This document shows positions 48,019-62,084 of a stretch of 64,000 nt of DNA, in pieces; positions within the stretch are counted from its first letter, which is position 1; each line of letters opens with the position of its first letter. Made by a program: the position numbers and the translations under genes. The stretch spans positions 119,885,109 through 119,949,108 of the forward strand of contig NC_068984.1 of the NCBI RefSeq assembly GCF_001194135.2, written 5' to 3'. This DNA comes from Octopus bimaculoides (lineage: Eukaryota). The notes beneath the pieces were generated by a model. It was not told the DNA's origin and ran no database searches. It was given only the letters and a program-made list of their open reading frames with translations.

Positions 48019-49030
48019 TTGCGTGTGTTTGCATATTTTACAATTGTAGGATATTTACTTTGAGGGTCCACTGATATTTGGGGAGTAAGACAGTTGCTGA
48101 GAGGAAGATTTGCCCTTTAAGATCAGAGTCAATATACCACTAAACCTTAATAGTTATAGAAAAAGAAATCTGTCACAGTTTACTGTTAAGTTTGATTGTT
48201 TCTTTATGTATTTCATAATGGATAGGTATTTGCCCTTAGCATTTGAGGAATAAGACAGTTGGTGCAAGAAACATCTGCCAAATTAATCAACCAAACTAAG
48301 TCAAAATAATGCACACCAACTCCTTACAGATGTAAAACAGGAGGTTAGCAGTAGTTACCACATATGACTGTGTAGTGAGAAGTTTGCTTTCCAATCACAT
48401 TGTTCTGAGTTCAGTCACACTGTGTACAAATGTCTTCAGTCTTATGAATGGATTTGGCAAACCTTACCTCTTTTCCAAGCAATGTAATATTTCCCCATGG
48501 TTAGGCACGTTTCTGCAGAATATTGGAAAGGAATGACATTCATTTACAACAGTCACGTGATGTCAAGGCCATGAGACATGAATACTCACACACTAACATT
48601 TGTATACATACATACATAGATACATACATACATTTTCACACACATGCATGCATACTTACAATTACCCTGTCACTAATACTTTCTCTCTCCTCTGTTCCAT
48701 ATCATTCTCCCCACTCCTCCTCTCTTGCTTATCATTCCTTATCCTCCTCCCTATGATTCTCAGCCACTCTCTCTTCTGTTTTCTCTCAGTAACAGGGGCC
48801 ACTTCATTATGAGGTGAACATTCCTTGTGCAGGTGCCACAAATTGAGTACCCAGTACACTCTGTTAAGTTGTTGGTATTAGGAAAGGTATCTAGCCTTAG
48901 AATTCATGCTGAAGTAGTCACTGAAGCATGATGCAGTCCTCTGACTCTTTAGACACTGTCAAACTATCCATCTCAAGCCAGCTTACCAGTATGGAAGCTG
49001 GACTTTAAAAGAAGATGAGGATGATGACGG

Positions 49031-49062
<32 letters not shown>

Positions 49063-49894
49063 TGTGTGTGTGTAGGTAGGTAGGTAGGTAGGTGTGGATG
49101 ATGTACATACAGCCTGCAGTGTAAGACATACCCTTCATCAGCTGTCGACTGAAGTTCACAATGATTTCAGCACTTCCTTGTATACAGTATTGGTATCTTT
49201 AGTAGTGTCAGCCATCATTGATGCTGCTACTAAGGAATGTACCAATTCTTTTGACTCGCATTGTTGTATGTTTTTTTCTCTCTTGATATTTATGCAACTG
49301 CAACATAAAACCACAGGTTGCTGTAACCACTCAACCAGACAGCAGCTATTTTGTTTTACTGTTTGATCAGCATTTATTTTTGGTTCTCAGATTTTGTCTT
49401 TACTATATTCATGAGCAATCATTTTCCCCCTTCCCTCTGCATTTTGAAAATATCTCTTCTGCTCACCAACTCAAAGTTGGACACCGTGAGTGTAACTACA
49501 AACCCGTGACATACCTCTACTAAAAGCATTATGCATTATCATTCTCATACCTCACGATTCCTCAAATTCTTCATATTCTACATGTTCCATTTTATGTGGC
49601 CATTAAATGTTGCTCTTCCAAATTACTGTCAGCTTGACAACCAAAATTTTTTTTCTCTCAAGTCAGACCATGCAGTAAGGTCGAGCCATTGCTTTGTAAT
49701 TTCAATGTGATTTGGAATTCACCTGCACCTTCCACTCATTAGCATCATTCACTTTAAATCTCAGCTTTCCTTTCCATGTATTCTTGCTTTCTTTCTTTGC
49801 ACTTTCTCATCTTGCTACTGGAAAACTATAAGGTGCAATTTGTTATTGACTCTCTTATATCTATATCCATCCTGTCACCAGTCCACCAATATAT

Positions 49895-49926
<32 letters not shown>

Positions 49927-50001
49927 GTGTGTATACATGTGTGTAAATGTCGAACAACAAGAATGAGTGCTCAGTACCACATTGGTGGATAAAATTTCTT
50001 T

Positions 50002-50162
50002 ATTTGTGTATTAAGGCTACCATTGGTTTCATATTAAGAAAAATATCTCAATATCCTAACAATTTTTCAAGCTGATCACATGGAGGAATGGTGTTCATCT
50101 CCATTTGAATTGTTAAGATATTTTTCTTAACATGAAACCATTGGTAGCCTTAATACACAAAT
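50002..50162. repeat. Foldback element
   Basis: atttgtgtattaaggctaccattggtttcatattaagaaaaatatc pairs with gatatttttcttaacatgaaaccattggtagccttaatacacaaat; a related arm lies at about 35280-35342. Confidence 0.8.
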
Positions 50163-50589
50163 GTGTGTATGTATNNNNNNNNNNNNNNNNNNNNNNNNNN
50201 NNNNNNNNNNNNNNNNNNNNNNNATATATAGTCAATTGATTCAAGGATGTCATATCCTCATTAGGGATTAATAAATCCAAAATTTCACTGGTTTAATCTC
50301 CATTACAATAAAAGAAAATCTCCTTGATGTGTTATGGATTATTATAATAGGTAAAATTAATAAGGTAAGAAAATGGAGTGTCGAGGATGTATAGTTAATT
50401 TATAGTTAACTCTCCATTTTCTAACCTTATCAATTTTACTTATATATATTAAATGGATGTGTTATAAAACTATTCTGCGTGCACATACAATAACAGCCAT
50501 ACCAACAATCCAACATACCTCCATCATCAGCTGCCCCATGAATATCACTATGGTTTTGACACCTGATATATATACATATATCATGGTAT

Positions 50590-50870
50590 CACAGTATCGA
50601 CCAGACTCATGGGTGTTGTTATACATCACCGGTCACAATGTGCCTCACATTGTTTTAGCTTTTGAATGATGCTACCCCACTGGCTAGGTGAGCAGGCCAA
50701 CATTTCCCCTGACTAAAAGGCTATTCCATCTCAGGGTTACCCATTTACAGCTGGACTGGAACAATATGAAATGAAGTGTTTTGCCCAAGGACACAACCTG
50801 CCACCCTGTCCGGGAAGTGAACCCATGATCTAGCATTTGTGCAATACCCTAACCACTAAGCCACATGCTT
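50590..50870 (-). mobile_element. Diverged tRNA-derived SINE
   Basis: aagtgttttgcccaaggacacaac and ccctaaccactaagccacatgc (reverse-complement tRNA head). Confidence 0.55.
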
Positions 50871-51904
50871 TCACACTCACACACATACACACACACCTGT
50901 GTTGTTACTACTTTTAAACCCAAACAGAATCCCATGTATAGCTTCTGTATTATTTCATATAGAATTTGGATCAGTTGTTTAATTTTTGTTTCAAAATATC
51001 AATTGACACCGAATGATTTAAAAACTGATCAAATGATTTTTGTATTACAAGTTTACTGTTTATAGCTAATAAGTCAAAAGTTTATAAATAAATAAATATT
51101 TTTTTCATTTTTATGTATTCTCTGAACAGAAAACAATACGAGATTAGAAGTCAATAATTATATAGATACAAAAATTGTGATTGATTTTCTTGAGATATTT
51201 TTTACCATTATTATTTGCAAACATGGATGTAATTTTTATATTTAAAGAAAATATCAGTGAAAAATAATATAAGAAAATATTTCCAGAGTGTTATCTGTTG
51301 CTAATAACAATCAGGGCTATTTAAAAATGTTTTTTGTTTTCTATTTTATTTTTCACTGTGTATATTTTGAGCTTCTGTTCAATGGCTAATGGGCTGGAAT
51401 TATCACTTCCAATTTAGTTTGGGAAATTGGAGAGATAAATAATAGCTTTTCATATTCATATATAATGATGAAGAATACACTTCTATCAGCTAGTGTAAAG
51501 AAACTGCTACTCAATATTTTATAAATAACAGGAGGATGATGACACCTCTAGACTAAAAACACGATATATCAGAAGATATGCCAGCATTAACTATCTGATA
51601 TCAACTGCATGTTAAACATTATGACATGCTCTTAAAACATGTAATGGTGCAAAAATTATATTGTAATGTATAGAAAATAGGCATACATAGAGATAACACA
51701 AGCTTATTATAGTTCTCTTTTTTTTTTCTATATAACCCTAAATGTAAACTTTTCCTATCTAAATGGAGATTATGTCATTGTAGTATATATATAGAAAAGG
51801 AAAATAACATGTTTGGAATAGGAAACTGACAGATATGAGACATGGTGGATTGATTTCACATTCAGTTCAAACATGCCTTTTAAATTAATTAAGTGAAGCC
51901 GGTA

Positions 51905-52440
51905 TGCTCTGTTAGATGTGCAATGTCAGTGTGCATGTTTGACAGAGCACTGGTGCATTGAGAGAGAAGTTGGGCATATGACGAACTATATGCAGTGTAC
52001 AGGAGAGGAGACTGCACTGTGATGTGGATGGATGCGGACAGTTGCATAAAGAAGTGGTGATCACTTAAAGTGGAGGGAAGTTGTGGGAGAAGAAGACCCA
52101 GGAAGACAATATTATAGGCCGAATTGAAAATACTGAGACTTACAAAGGAGATGACAAAGGACTGAGATATGTGGTGCATTGCTGTACTCAAGAAGACCTG
52201 CCCACCACAACAGAATTGAGATCTTAAAGTCAAGGCACTATATAAGAAACATTGGTGTGGGTGCTAGTGCTATGTCAAAAGCTCTGGTGCTGGTGCCACA
52301 TAAAAAGCATTGACGATGGTATCACATAAAAAACCCAATACACTCTGTAAATTTGTTGGTGTTAGGAAGGGCATCCAGCAGCAGAAATCAAGTTAAAACA
52401 GACTATGGAACCTGATGCAGCCCCTGACCACACCAGGTTC
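51905..52440 (+). mobile_element. Degenerate RTE-clade LINE 3' portion
   Basis: MDADSCIKKW*SLKVEGSCGRRRPRKT...EMTKD*DMWCIAVLKKT, followed by the RTE 3' UTR. Confidence 0.65.
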
Positions 52441-53077
52441 CAGTGATCAGTTCTGTTCAATGGAACTTCTCTACTGAATTAGTGTTGGAAGAGAGTGGAG
52501 TGGAAGCTTGCTATCTTCCTGTTTGAGGTAAGGCAAGGTAAAGCAAAAAAAAAAAAAAAAAAAAANNNNNNNNNNAAAAAAAAAAAAAAAAAAAAACCAA
52601 GAGGAAGAGGGCTTTGAGTCCAGTTTTATATAACAGTAAGGTACCTTTAAGCTAGTAGAGATAGATTAATAGCCTCGATTTGTATGCAACTCATAGAATA
52701 TGAACCATTGACATTTTATCTGGGTAATTATCACTTTATCAATTCAATCTCGGACAACTTTTACTTCATTAAAAGAATTAAATGTTTACAAAGTAATCAT
52801 AGCATCTTGGATTCTCAAGGACCCAACTCATTTAAATTAACTGAAATTTTAAAATTCCATTCATAGAAAGGGGGAAAATATGTTAATTTTTTGTCAAGTT
52901 CAACTTTTGGCATGTGTAGTTGGTTATTGTTTGAAGTTTTTACTAGAGAACTTTTTAGGAAAATGAAGTTCTCAGTCAGCCCCAAAATATTTAATATTAG
53001 TTTCTTTCATTAGAAATGTAACTTGAGAATTGTTCTTTGTAGGTAGGAAACTGTAGTACTTATATCTTTCTTCAAAG

Positions 53078-53130
53078 GAACAAATCAAGTGAAGCGATTC
53101 CTGGCAATCAAAGTTACCAGAAAACTGAGG
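53078..53130 (+). CDS. Candidate exon (phase 2-1); NKSSEAIPGNQSYQKTE
   Basis: tatctttcttcaaAG...GTattt; two frames open. Confidence 0.25.
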
Positions 53131-53713
53131 GTATTTCTGTTTCTATGTGATCAATTGACATGATAATATTAAGAGCCAATGTTCCTCAGATCACACTCTA
53201 CTTTCTGAATAAAGAAAACTAGAGGACAGGATGGTTATGACTGGATTGCCTTTTGACCGTAAGCCTTCTCAATCTGAGTGAATTTAGTGCTAAACAATAA
53301 CAATAGAGATTAATCAATATTTTTGGTTAGAGCTACAGTTGAGCCCATAAGGGGCTCATCCATCATCATCATGATCATCATGATCATCATTGTTTTTCAT
53401 GCTGGCATGAGCTGGATGGCTTGACAGAAACTGGCAAGGTCAAGGGTTGCACTGGGTTCCATAGTCTGTTTTGGCTTGGTTGCTATTGCTGGATGCCCTT
53501 CCTAATGCCAACCACTTTACATGGCACCATTACCAGTGCTCTTTATGTGACACCGGTACCAGTGCTTTTTACATGATACCAGTACCTATACCAATGCTTT
53601 TTAGTTGTATAATAATTCTTGGCTCAAACCATTTCTTTTGTGGTACACTATTGGAGTTCTTAAAGAGAAAAATGAATATCATAATAAACCATTTCTCCTG
53701 CCATATAATTCAG

Positions 53714-53850
53714 GGTTAATATTCCCTGTTGAAAGAAGCATATTAACTCATCATGTCTTTGAGCTCTCACCTTTATCTGAAATCATTTTCTTTCTTTGTG
53801 GCAAATCTTTGAAATTCTGTTTTAATATGGCAGGACTCTTGAAGAATTGA
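53714..53850 (+). CDS. Candidate terminal exon; LIFPVERSILTHHVFELSPLSEIIFFLCGKSLKFCFNMAGLLKN*
   Basis: ataattcAG acceptor in phase 1 inside ORF 53605-53850; ends in TGA. Confidence 0.2.
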
Positions 53851-54189
53851 AAGAGCTGCATTTAATATACACAACCTTTCTCAGTCTGTTAAATAATTCA
53901 AAAAATTATTTCACCTAATATCAAACCAAAAAGGTGATACAAAATTGTCAAGAATGTCAACTTGGCTTGATGGACCTTTTTGTTTTGTGGCTGTTTTAAC
54001 ACCCATTTTCATTTTTATTGTGTATGGCTTGTTGTTTTAGGTATTTCACACATGTAGTTTTCATTTTAAAGATGGCAAAAACACTTTACGAGAAGAGATT
54101 TTATTGCTGTATCAAAAGGTGAGAGTGAGAGTAAATGTTAGCCATTGATTTAACATAAAATTACACAACAGAATAATGAATAAATAGAT

Positions 54190-54590
54190 AATAATGTGGT
54201 AAGAAATTAGCTTCCTAGCCACATGGTTCTGGGTTCAGTCCCACTGCATGACAAGTTGGACAAGTGTCTACTGCTATATATAGCCTCAGGACAACTAAGG
54301 CCTTGTGAATGGATTTGGTAGATGGAAACTGAAAGAAGCCCATTGTATACATATATCTATGTGTGTATGTCTGTGTGTTTGTTTCTGTCCCCCAACCACT
54401 GCTTGACAACTGGTTTCAGTATGTTTACATCCTTGTAATTTAGTGGTTCAGCAAAAGAGACTGATAGAATAATTACCATGCTTAAAAAAATAAAAACAAG
54501 TACTGGGGTTGGTTTATTCCACTGAAATTCTTCAAGGTGGTGCCCCAGCATGGCCACAGTCTAATGACTGAAACAAGTAAAAGATAAAAG
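54190..54590 (+). mobile_element. Family-A SINE
   Basis: Complete head and tail ccagcatggccacagtctaatgactgaaacaagtaaaagataaaag; further copies at 61140-61555 and 63830-64000. Confidence 0.75.
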
Positions 54591-55392
54591 ACAAATAAAA
54601 AAACTTGCTGTTAATTAGCCCCTGGTCAGCTCTGATCAGACAAGCAAATTAATCATCAAAGGCCTCCAACCATAACTACCTTGTTTTCTTTTCAGACACC
54701 TTATTTCCCAGGACTTACCTTACCCAATGTGTCCTTCCCTTTCAAATCTAGCATTCAGATTATTCTGTTAAATGCAATGCTTATTTATTCACATAGTTTG
54801 AATTAATCATACATTATCTCATTGCTTCAGAATTTCAATTTCAATGATGTGATTTGTTTATTTTCAGTATGACATTGTAAAGTAGGTGTGAGAGGCCAGA
54901 TCTGGCCAGTTTCAACATAAAACAGGTAGAATAACTGGGCTGGATACAACCAGTTTAAATACTAAAAAGTTAAGTCAATAGGATATGATTTCAAGGAGAA
55001 TTGGTGCTTATTTCTAGTATGGAAGCACTCTAGTTGGTTCATGACAGTTAACAATGAATGTGAATATGAAATGTAGATACAATATGCCTGAGAAATATGT
55101 AAGTTATTCTGAGGGTTTAGTGTCCATTGTATAGGGGATCAATGCAAGGTTTATGGAGTATAATATTTTGCTTTATTGTAGAGAGCAATAATTTGTATAC
55201 TTTGAAGTTTGTCATGATCTATGGCTGTAAGGATTGACAACTAGGTAGGATTGACATAATTTATATTAGCTCTGATATATTTTCAAAGGGTGTCATTTTA
55301 TGTGTGTATGTGTGTATGTACACACACAAGCTCATGTATTCATATATGTATATATAAATATGCATATGTGGGTGTATGCATATCTTTGTATG

Positions 55393-55448
<56 letters not shown>

Positions 55449-55775
55449 GGTGTGTGTGTGTGTAATGATTTTATATTCAGGTATAAAGACCATTCACAAT
55501 ATTCAGCTACCTGATGTCATCAATAGTTTGTAGGTATATACCACTGGGTTTATTTCAAGAATTCCTCTGTGTCTGTAGACTTTATAAAAATATGAGAGAA
55601 AGAAAATAGAATTCGTGAGACTCTATATTTACTATGATCATTTTTATCCATTGTACACTGGTACCTCGCTGGTGGGATACTGTACAAATAATTATGGTAC
55701 ATCATAGGTACCAGTGCACAATAGTTTCAAACAATCATAGTAAATAAAAAGTTTCAGGAATTCCATTTTCTTTCT

Positions 55776-55818
<43 letters not shown>

Positions 55819-55819
55819 G

Positions 55820-55880
<61 letters not shown>

Positions 55881-55882
<2 letters not shown>

Positions 55883-56749
55883 AGTTTATAGGGAAAGCAT
55901 GTGAATTAATGGTTAGGGTATTCAGCTCATGATTGCAAGGTTGTGAGTTCAATTCCTGGTGACACGTTGTATCCTTGAGCAAGGCACTTTATTTCATGTT
56001 GCTTCAGTCCACTCGGCTGGCAAAAATGAATAGTACCTGTATTTTAAAGGGCCAGCCTTGTCACACTCTATGTCATACTAAATCTCCCTGAGAACTATGT
56101 TAAGGGTACACACATCTGTGGTGTGCTCAACCACATGTGTGTTAATTTTATGAGCAGGCTGTTCCATTGACTGGATCAACTGGAACCCTCGTCATCGTAA
56201 CCGACGGAGTGCCAGTTAGTTATATTGTTTATAGATCCAATATGGTTAAAATCAATGAAAAAATTATTCCGTCCACTGAGAGATAAATATCAATTTAATA
56301 CACATTACGAAAGTGCTACTAACAGTTTCATACTTTTATGATAATTTAAATAGGTATATTTATATAATATGCCATGCATCTCCAAGCAATTTTCCTGGCT
56401 CTTTTTATGCATTAGACGTATTTTAAAAAACAGGACACTGGACATTGAGAAAATAAGAGGAAACAAGAAGAAAAAAGCAAAAAAGATTGATGTAAAAGTG
56501 GAAGGAGAAGAAAGAAATGAAAGCAAGAATACCAAATTCCCCATCCTCTCTGATTGCATCTTACAACTCGAATTTTTTCTTTTTTTTTTTTTTTGACTGC
56601 CCAGTATCTTGGCTTTTAAAATATATCTAATGCATAAACAGAGCCTGAAAGATTGCTTGAAGATACATATTGCATTTTATAAATATGCCTGTTTAAAGTA
56701 TCATAAAAGCATGAAGCTATTAATAGCTCTTTCATAATGCATATTAAAT

Positions 56750-56798
<49 letters not shown>

Positions 56799-57345
56799 TA
56801 CATATATATATATGTGTGTATATATGTGAATGCACATGGCTTAGTGGTTAGGGCTATAACAAAAGATACTTATCCAAGGTGTCATGCAGTGGGATTGAAC
56901 TTGGAACCATGTGGCTGGGAAGCAAACTTCTTACTTCACACCCATGCTTGTACCTGTTGCCATGTTTGTGCCTGTTACCATTCCTGTACCTTTATATATA
57001 TGTGTGTGTGTAGTTTATAGTGAAGGTATGTGGATTAGTGGTTAGGGTATTCAGCTTATGATTGCAAGGTTGTGAGTTCAATTCCTGGTGACATGTTGTA
57101 TGTATCCTTGAGCAAGACTCTTTATTTCATGTTGCTCCAGTCCACTCAGCTGGCAAAAATGAGTAGTACCTGTATTTCAAATGGCTGGCCTTGTCAAACT
57201 TTGTATCATGCTGAATATCCTTGAGAACTACATTAAGGGTACATGTGTCTGTGGAGTGCTCAGCCACTTGCACGTTAATTCCACAAGCAAGCTGTTCTGT
57301 TGATCATATCAGCTGGGATCCTTGTTGTTGTAACCAACGGAGTGC
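55881..57345 (+). mobile_element. Two family-B' SINEs (55881-56215 and 57010-57345) sharing a 5' flank
   Basis: Both begin gtgtagtttatag and share the variant gattgcaaggttgtgagttcaattcctggtgaca. Confidence 0.7.
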
Positions 57346-58536
57346 TCCATATATATATATATATATATATTACTGGTGAAGACCGGTTTATTGGGTTACC
57401 CTGTGTTTCTTGCCATAAAAGGTACTTTTATGGCATATCTTCAGACCCTAAGACCTATTGGCCTATAGTTTCTTTAAAATATGGAGGGGGAAATGATACA
57501 GATATAAACAATGGGAATTATCTCCATTTGCTGCTGGTCACTTACTGGCTATGAGGATAAAAGTTAGTGGGGTTATCTCCCACTCTCATCAGCAATCAAT
57601 TTTCAGCTGTGGTATAATTATCGCAAATACCGCTATTATCGCTAATATGCGGTTCCCAAAACATTAACAGGAATCTCCTGAAATGCAAACACAGCCCGAA
57701 AATCTCTGTTCGGGAGTTCAGTATGGTCCCTAGCTGACAGGTGGTGTAGCTGTAGGAGGACAACACAGCCAGAAGCTGATGACCGCATTATATATATNNN
57801 NNNNNNNNNNNNNNNNNNNNNNNNNNNNNNNNNNNNNNNNNNNNNNNNNNNNNNNNNNNNNNNNNNNNNNNNNNNNNNNNNNNNNNNNNNNNNNNNNNNN
57901 NNNNNNNNNNNNNNNNNNNNNNNNNNNNNNNNNNNNNNNNNNNNNNNNNNNNNNNNNNNNNNNNNNNNNNNNNNNNNNNNNNNNNNNNNNNNNNNNNNNN
58001 NNNNNNNNNNNNNNNNNNNNNNNNNNNNNNNNNNNNNNNNNNNNNNNNNNNNNNNNNNNNNNNNNNNNNNNNNNNNNNNNNNNNNNNNNNNNNNNNNNNN
58101 NNNNNNNNNNNNNNNNNNNNAAAGGAGACAACTAGGTGGACTGTTAATGTGCTAGAAGAAGATCACATGTAAATTTAATTTAATTAATTTATATACATAC
58201 ATATATATATATATATAAATAGATTGATACACACAGTTATACAGATATATATATGTAAAATGTTTTATGCTATTAATAAAAGCAATTTAACACTTAATTG
58301 ACAGATCACCCAAGTAGAGTACTTATTTATTATAAATTTCTTCATGGAAATGATTGATAATGACTTTGAAATCTTGGCTTACTCTGGCGGTGGCTAGTAA
58401 GCCAAATCTTTGAAGTCACAGTCAACCCTTTTCTTGTAAAATTAGAAATCTTCATCACCTATTAGGCATCAACTCCTGAATTTGGAGGCGGAGTACAGCA
58501 GCTCCTCTGTGTCCCCTAAATTCATTAATATACATG

Positions 58537-58587
<51 letters not shown>

Positions 58588-58590
58588 TCA

Positions 58591-58810
58591 AGGCGGCGAG
58601 CTGGCAGAAACTTTAGCATGCTGGGCGAAATGCTTAGCGGTATTTCGTCTGCCGCTACATCTGACTTCAAATTCCGCCGAGGTCGACTTTGCCTTTCATC
58701 CTTCCGGGGTCGATTAAATAAGTACCAGTTATGCACTGGGGTCGATATAATCGACTTAATCCGTTTGTCTGTCCTTGTTTGTCCCCTCTGTGTGTAGCCC
58801 CTTGTGGGTA
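58591..58810 (+). mobile_element. Young family-C SINE
   Basis: CpG-rich ggcggcgagctggcagaaac...ttcaaattccgccgaggtcgactttgcctttcatcc...gtcgatataatcgactt. Confidence 0.75.
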
Positions 58811-58891
58811 GTAAAGAAATAACACATTCATATGTATATCTTTACAACTTTTGGTTGTTTGAACTAAAAAGTTGTACCTTCCCTCCACCCC

Positions 58892-59060
58892 ACTACTGTA
58901 GCTAGAGTGTGTGCCGCCCGGGGTAGCCCTTCAGTTTGTTACTCCCAGGTCCCCACGAAAAATACATATTGTCTACAGCAGACCCAAAAGTGATGCTGCC
59001 CCCACAAAAGTGCCGCTCAGGGCATACCACCTTCTCTGCCCCCCCCTCTAGCTATGCTAG
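58892..59060. mobile_element. Possible hAT-like MITE
   Basis: Imperfect terminal inverted repeats actactgtagctagag / ctctagctatgctagt around a GC-rich interior. Confidence 0.35.
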
Positions 59061-60095
59061 TACACTTCCCCCTCATAACTGAAGATCCTATTAACCCATT
59101 TGATACCAACCTGCTCAAAACAGCCTTTAGTTCTATGGTAGGAGCAAAAAGAATTCTTGCTTTATTGTGCTGCAATTTTAAATTTAAACCTTCTATTATC
59201 ATTTTACATAAGAACCTTTTGTGAAGTTATATGCCGAATATCAGCTTTGTAATGAAAACATTTGTTATTTTACTAACTCACTTTAAATTCATGATTATAT
59301 TTTTCAAAATTAATTTAAAAACATAGGCAATGTTTTCCATTAGAAATATGGCCATGGAAAGGTTAAGTAAATAAGAAAAGATAGTAAACAATTTAAAAGG
59401 AAAAATATAAACGAGTATTGTTTAGCAATTGATCAGATTTAAAATCTTTTATTAACTTGAGCATAATTTCACATTATAGTTATTACAGTTTCCATAGTAG
59501 ACAACTAATAATTTTGAACATAATATAATTGCAGTCCATGGAAAAGAGTTACTTATTTCTTCTCTCTTTCTCTCCCCATCCTGTCTCTTAGAATAAGATG
59601 TAACTGCAAGATTGTATTCTGTTGGGAAAAATATTCCGATCAATATTGCTTTTCTGTTTATCCAGTAATTATGTGAGAAAAAATGTTGGATTAATCGGAC
59701 GCGTATATTGGCAATGTGTAAAGGACACTTATGATCTTACTATTAGAATTTGGCAGATACTTCACTTAGTATTGATATTATTCAGGAATAGTCAATAAAT
59801 ATACATTAGCATATTCCCTTCCTTCATAATACCTAAAATATATATATATATATATATATATANNNNNNNNNNNNNNNNNNNNNNNNNNNNNNNNNNNNNN
59901 NNNNNNNNNNNNNNNNNNNNNNNNNNNNNNNNNNNNNNNNNNNNNNNNNNNNNNNNNNNNNNNNNNNNNNNNNNNNNNNNNNNNNNNNNNNNNNNNNNNN
60001 NNNNNNNNNNNNNNNNNNNNNNNNNNNNNNNNNNNNNNNNNNNNNNNNNNNNNNNNNNNNNNNNNNNNNNNNNNNNNNNNNNNNNNNNNNNNNNN

Positions 60096-60140
<45 letters not shown>

Positions 60141-60555
60141 GATATGTATCCATAGGTCTTGGGGATGTCAGTGTAACCTAGCTCATTGGATATTAAATTT
60201 GGGAATAGGTTTATATTTCATAGTTGTGATATCGCAGAATTCATTTATATAACCTGTAAAAATGGAATATTGGATGGGAGATAAAAACAAGTAAATAAAT
60301 GAATTAAACAAAGCATACCATACTAAAGCATGCAATATCATTGGCATCCAGCATATCTGACCACATGCATTCCTGTATCTAGCTTACTGTCCTAAGTTTA
60401 AATTCTGGTAGAGGTTGATTAGTAAGATATTAGAGCTGATGCTGGCTTCCTAGAAAGCAGATTTTGTGACTAAACAAAATGATGGTGCAGTGTATGTAAC
60501 TTCAAGACCATGAGTGTAAAGACAGCTACTGGAGACGGTTAACTAATCTCGTGAG

Positions 60556-60815
60556 TGGAGGCATGTTGCTTAGCAGTCAGGGTGTCAGGTTCATGATCGT
60601 AAGACTTTGATTTCGATTCTTGGACCAGGGGACGCATTGTGTTCTTGAGCAGAACACTTCATTTCATGTTGCTCCAGTTCACTCAGTTGGAAAAAATGAG
60701 TAATCCTGTGACAGACTGGTGTCCCATCCAAGTGGGGAATATATATGCCATGAAACTAGAAAACTGGCCCTTATAAGTCAGTATGTCTTGAGAAGGTAAC
60801 TTTACCTTTACTTTT
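60556..60815 (+). mobile_element. tRNA-derived SINE with a B'-type head and a different 3' region
   Basis: tttcgattcttgg, gtgttcttgagcagaacactt, then cctgtgacagactggtgtcccatcc. Confidence 0.5.
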
Positions 60816-61649
60816 TACTAATCTAGTATTATTTCAAGAAAACAAAGTGGTTAGAAATCCGGAAGGACATTTAAGAATAAATCAGCTAACTGTATCATCA
60901 ATTCTTGGAATTTTATGCATAAACTTCCAACCATCTATCATAACAAAATGTATGTTTTATTTTTAGTTAAATGTAATCCTAAGGAATTAATAATTCATAT
61001 TTCACATTCTCAATCTCTTTGTATCTATTATTGCTGCTACCACTAAGTTGTTAGTCAAATGTAGCTCTTCTCTTTACTCAAAAATGACTTAAGCTTAGAC
61101 ACAAGAAATCATCATTTTATATATATATTTGTATACATGCAGACGAGGCTGTGTGGCAAGAAGCTTGCTTCCTATCAGCATAGTTCCAAGATCAGTCCCA
61201 ATGCATTGCACCTTAGGCAAATTTATTCTACTATAGCCTTGGGCCAACTAAGGCCTTGTGAGTGAATTTGGTAGATGGAAACTGAAAGACGCCTATCATA
61301 TACTTGTGTGTGTGTATATATATATATATATCTTTGTGTGTGTGTCTTTGTGTTTGTCCCCCACTACCACTTAACAACTGGTGTTGGTGTGTTTACATTC
61401 TCATAACTTAGTGGTTCAGCAAAAGTGACTGACAGAGTTAGTACCAGACTTAACAAAAAATAAGTATTGAGGTTGATTCATTTGACTAAAAATTCTTCAA
61501 GGCGGTGAACCCAGCATGGCTGCTGTCTAATGACTGAGACAAATAAAAGATAAAAGATATATATATATATGTATATATCTAAATTACTTTGATTCTATTC
61601 ACTGTCTTGTTATTAATTTCTTTAACTATGGATAGGTGTTACATATAGG

Positions 61650-61802
61650 TACAGGTGAGACTGTGTGGTAAGAAGTTTGCTTCCCAACCACACAGTTCCA
61701 AGTTCAATCCCACTGTGTGTGGGTAAGTATCATCTTATATAATTCTGGGACAACCAAAGCCTTGTGAGTGAATTTGGTAGATGGAAACTGTAAGAAGCCT
61801 GT

Positions 61803-61835
<33 letters not shown>

Positions 61836-62060
61836 CTGTCTCCTTGCCTTAACATCATGTGATAGTTGTAAACAAAAGTCACCACCAAGCCAGTGGTGTC
61901 CTTCATATCCAATCTTCCCTGAAAACATGTCTAGTTAAGGGGAAATATTGACATATATGGAAACATGTGAAGTTTGACTAAAGGAAGGGTATCTGGATAT
62001 AGAAAATCTGCCTTAACAAAATTCCATCCAAAACATGTGATCATGGAAAGTTTAAGCAGA
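61650..62060 (+). mobile_element. Family-A' SINE (A head with an RTE-type tail)
   Basis: Head ctgtgtggtaagaagtttgcttccc; tail aggaagggtatctgg...catggaaag. Confidence 0.55.
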
Positions 62061-62084
62061 ATGTTAGTGACATCAAATCTCACT

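Noticed and set aside
49090-49340. Possible Tc1-like C-terminal remnant on the minus strand
   Set aside because: Similarity is too weak and no TIR was found.
59656-59790. Exon-like frame NYVRKNVGLIGRVYWQCVKDTYDLTIRIWQ... after a good acceptor
   Set aside because: No donor or phase partner found; left unassigned.
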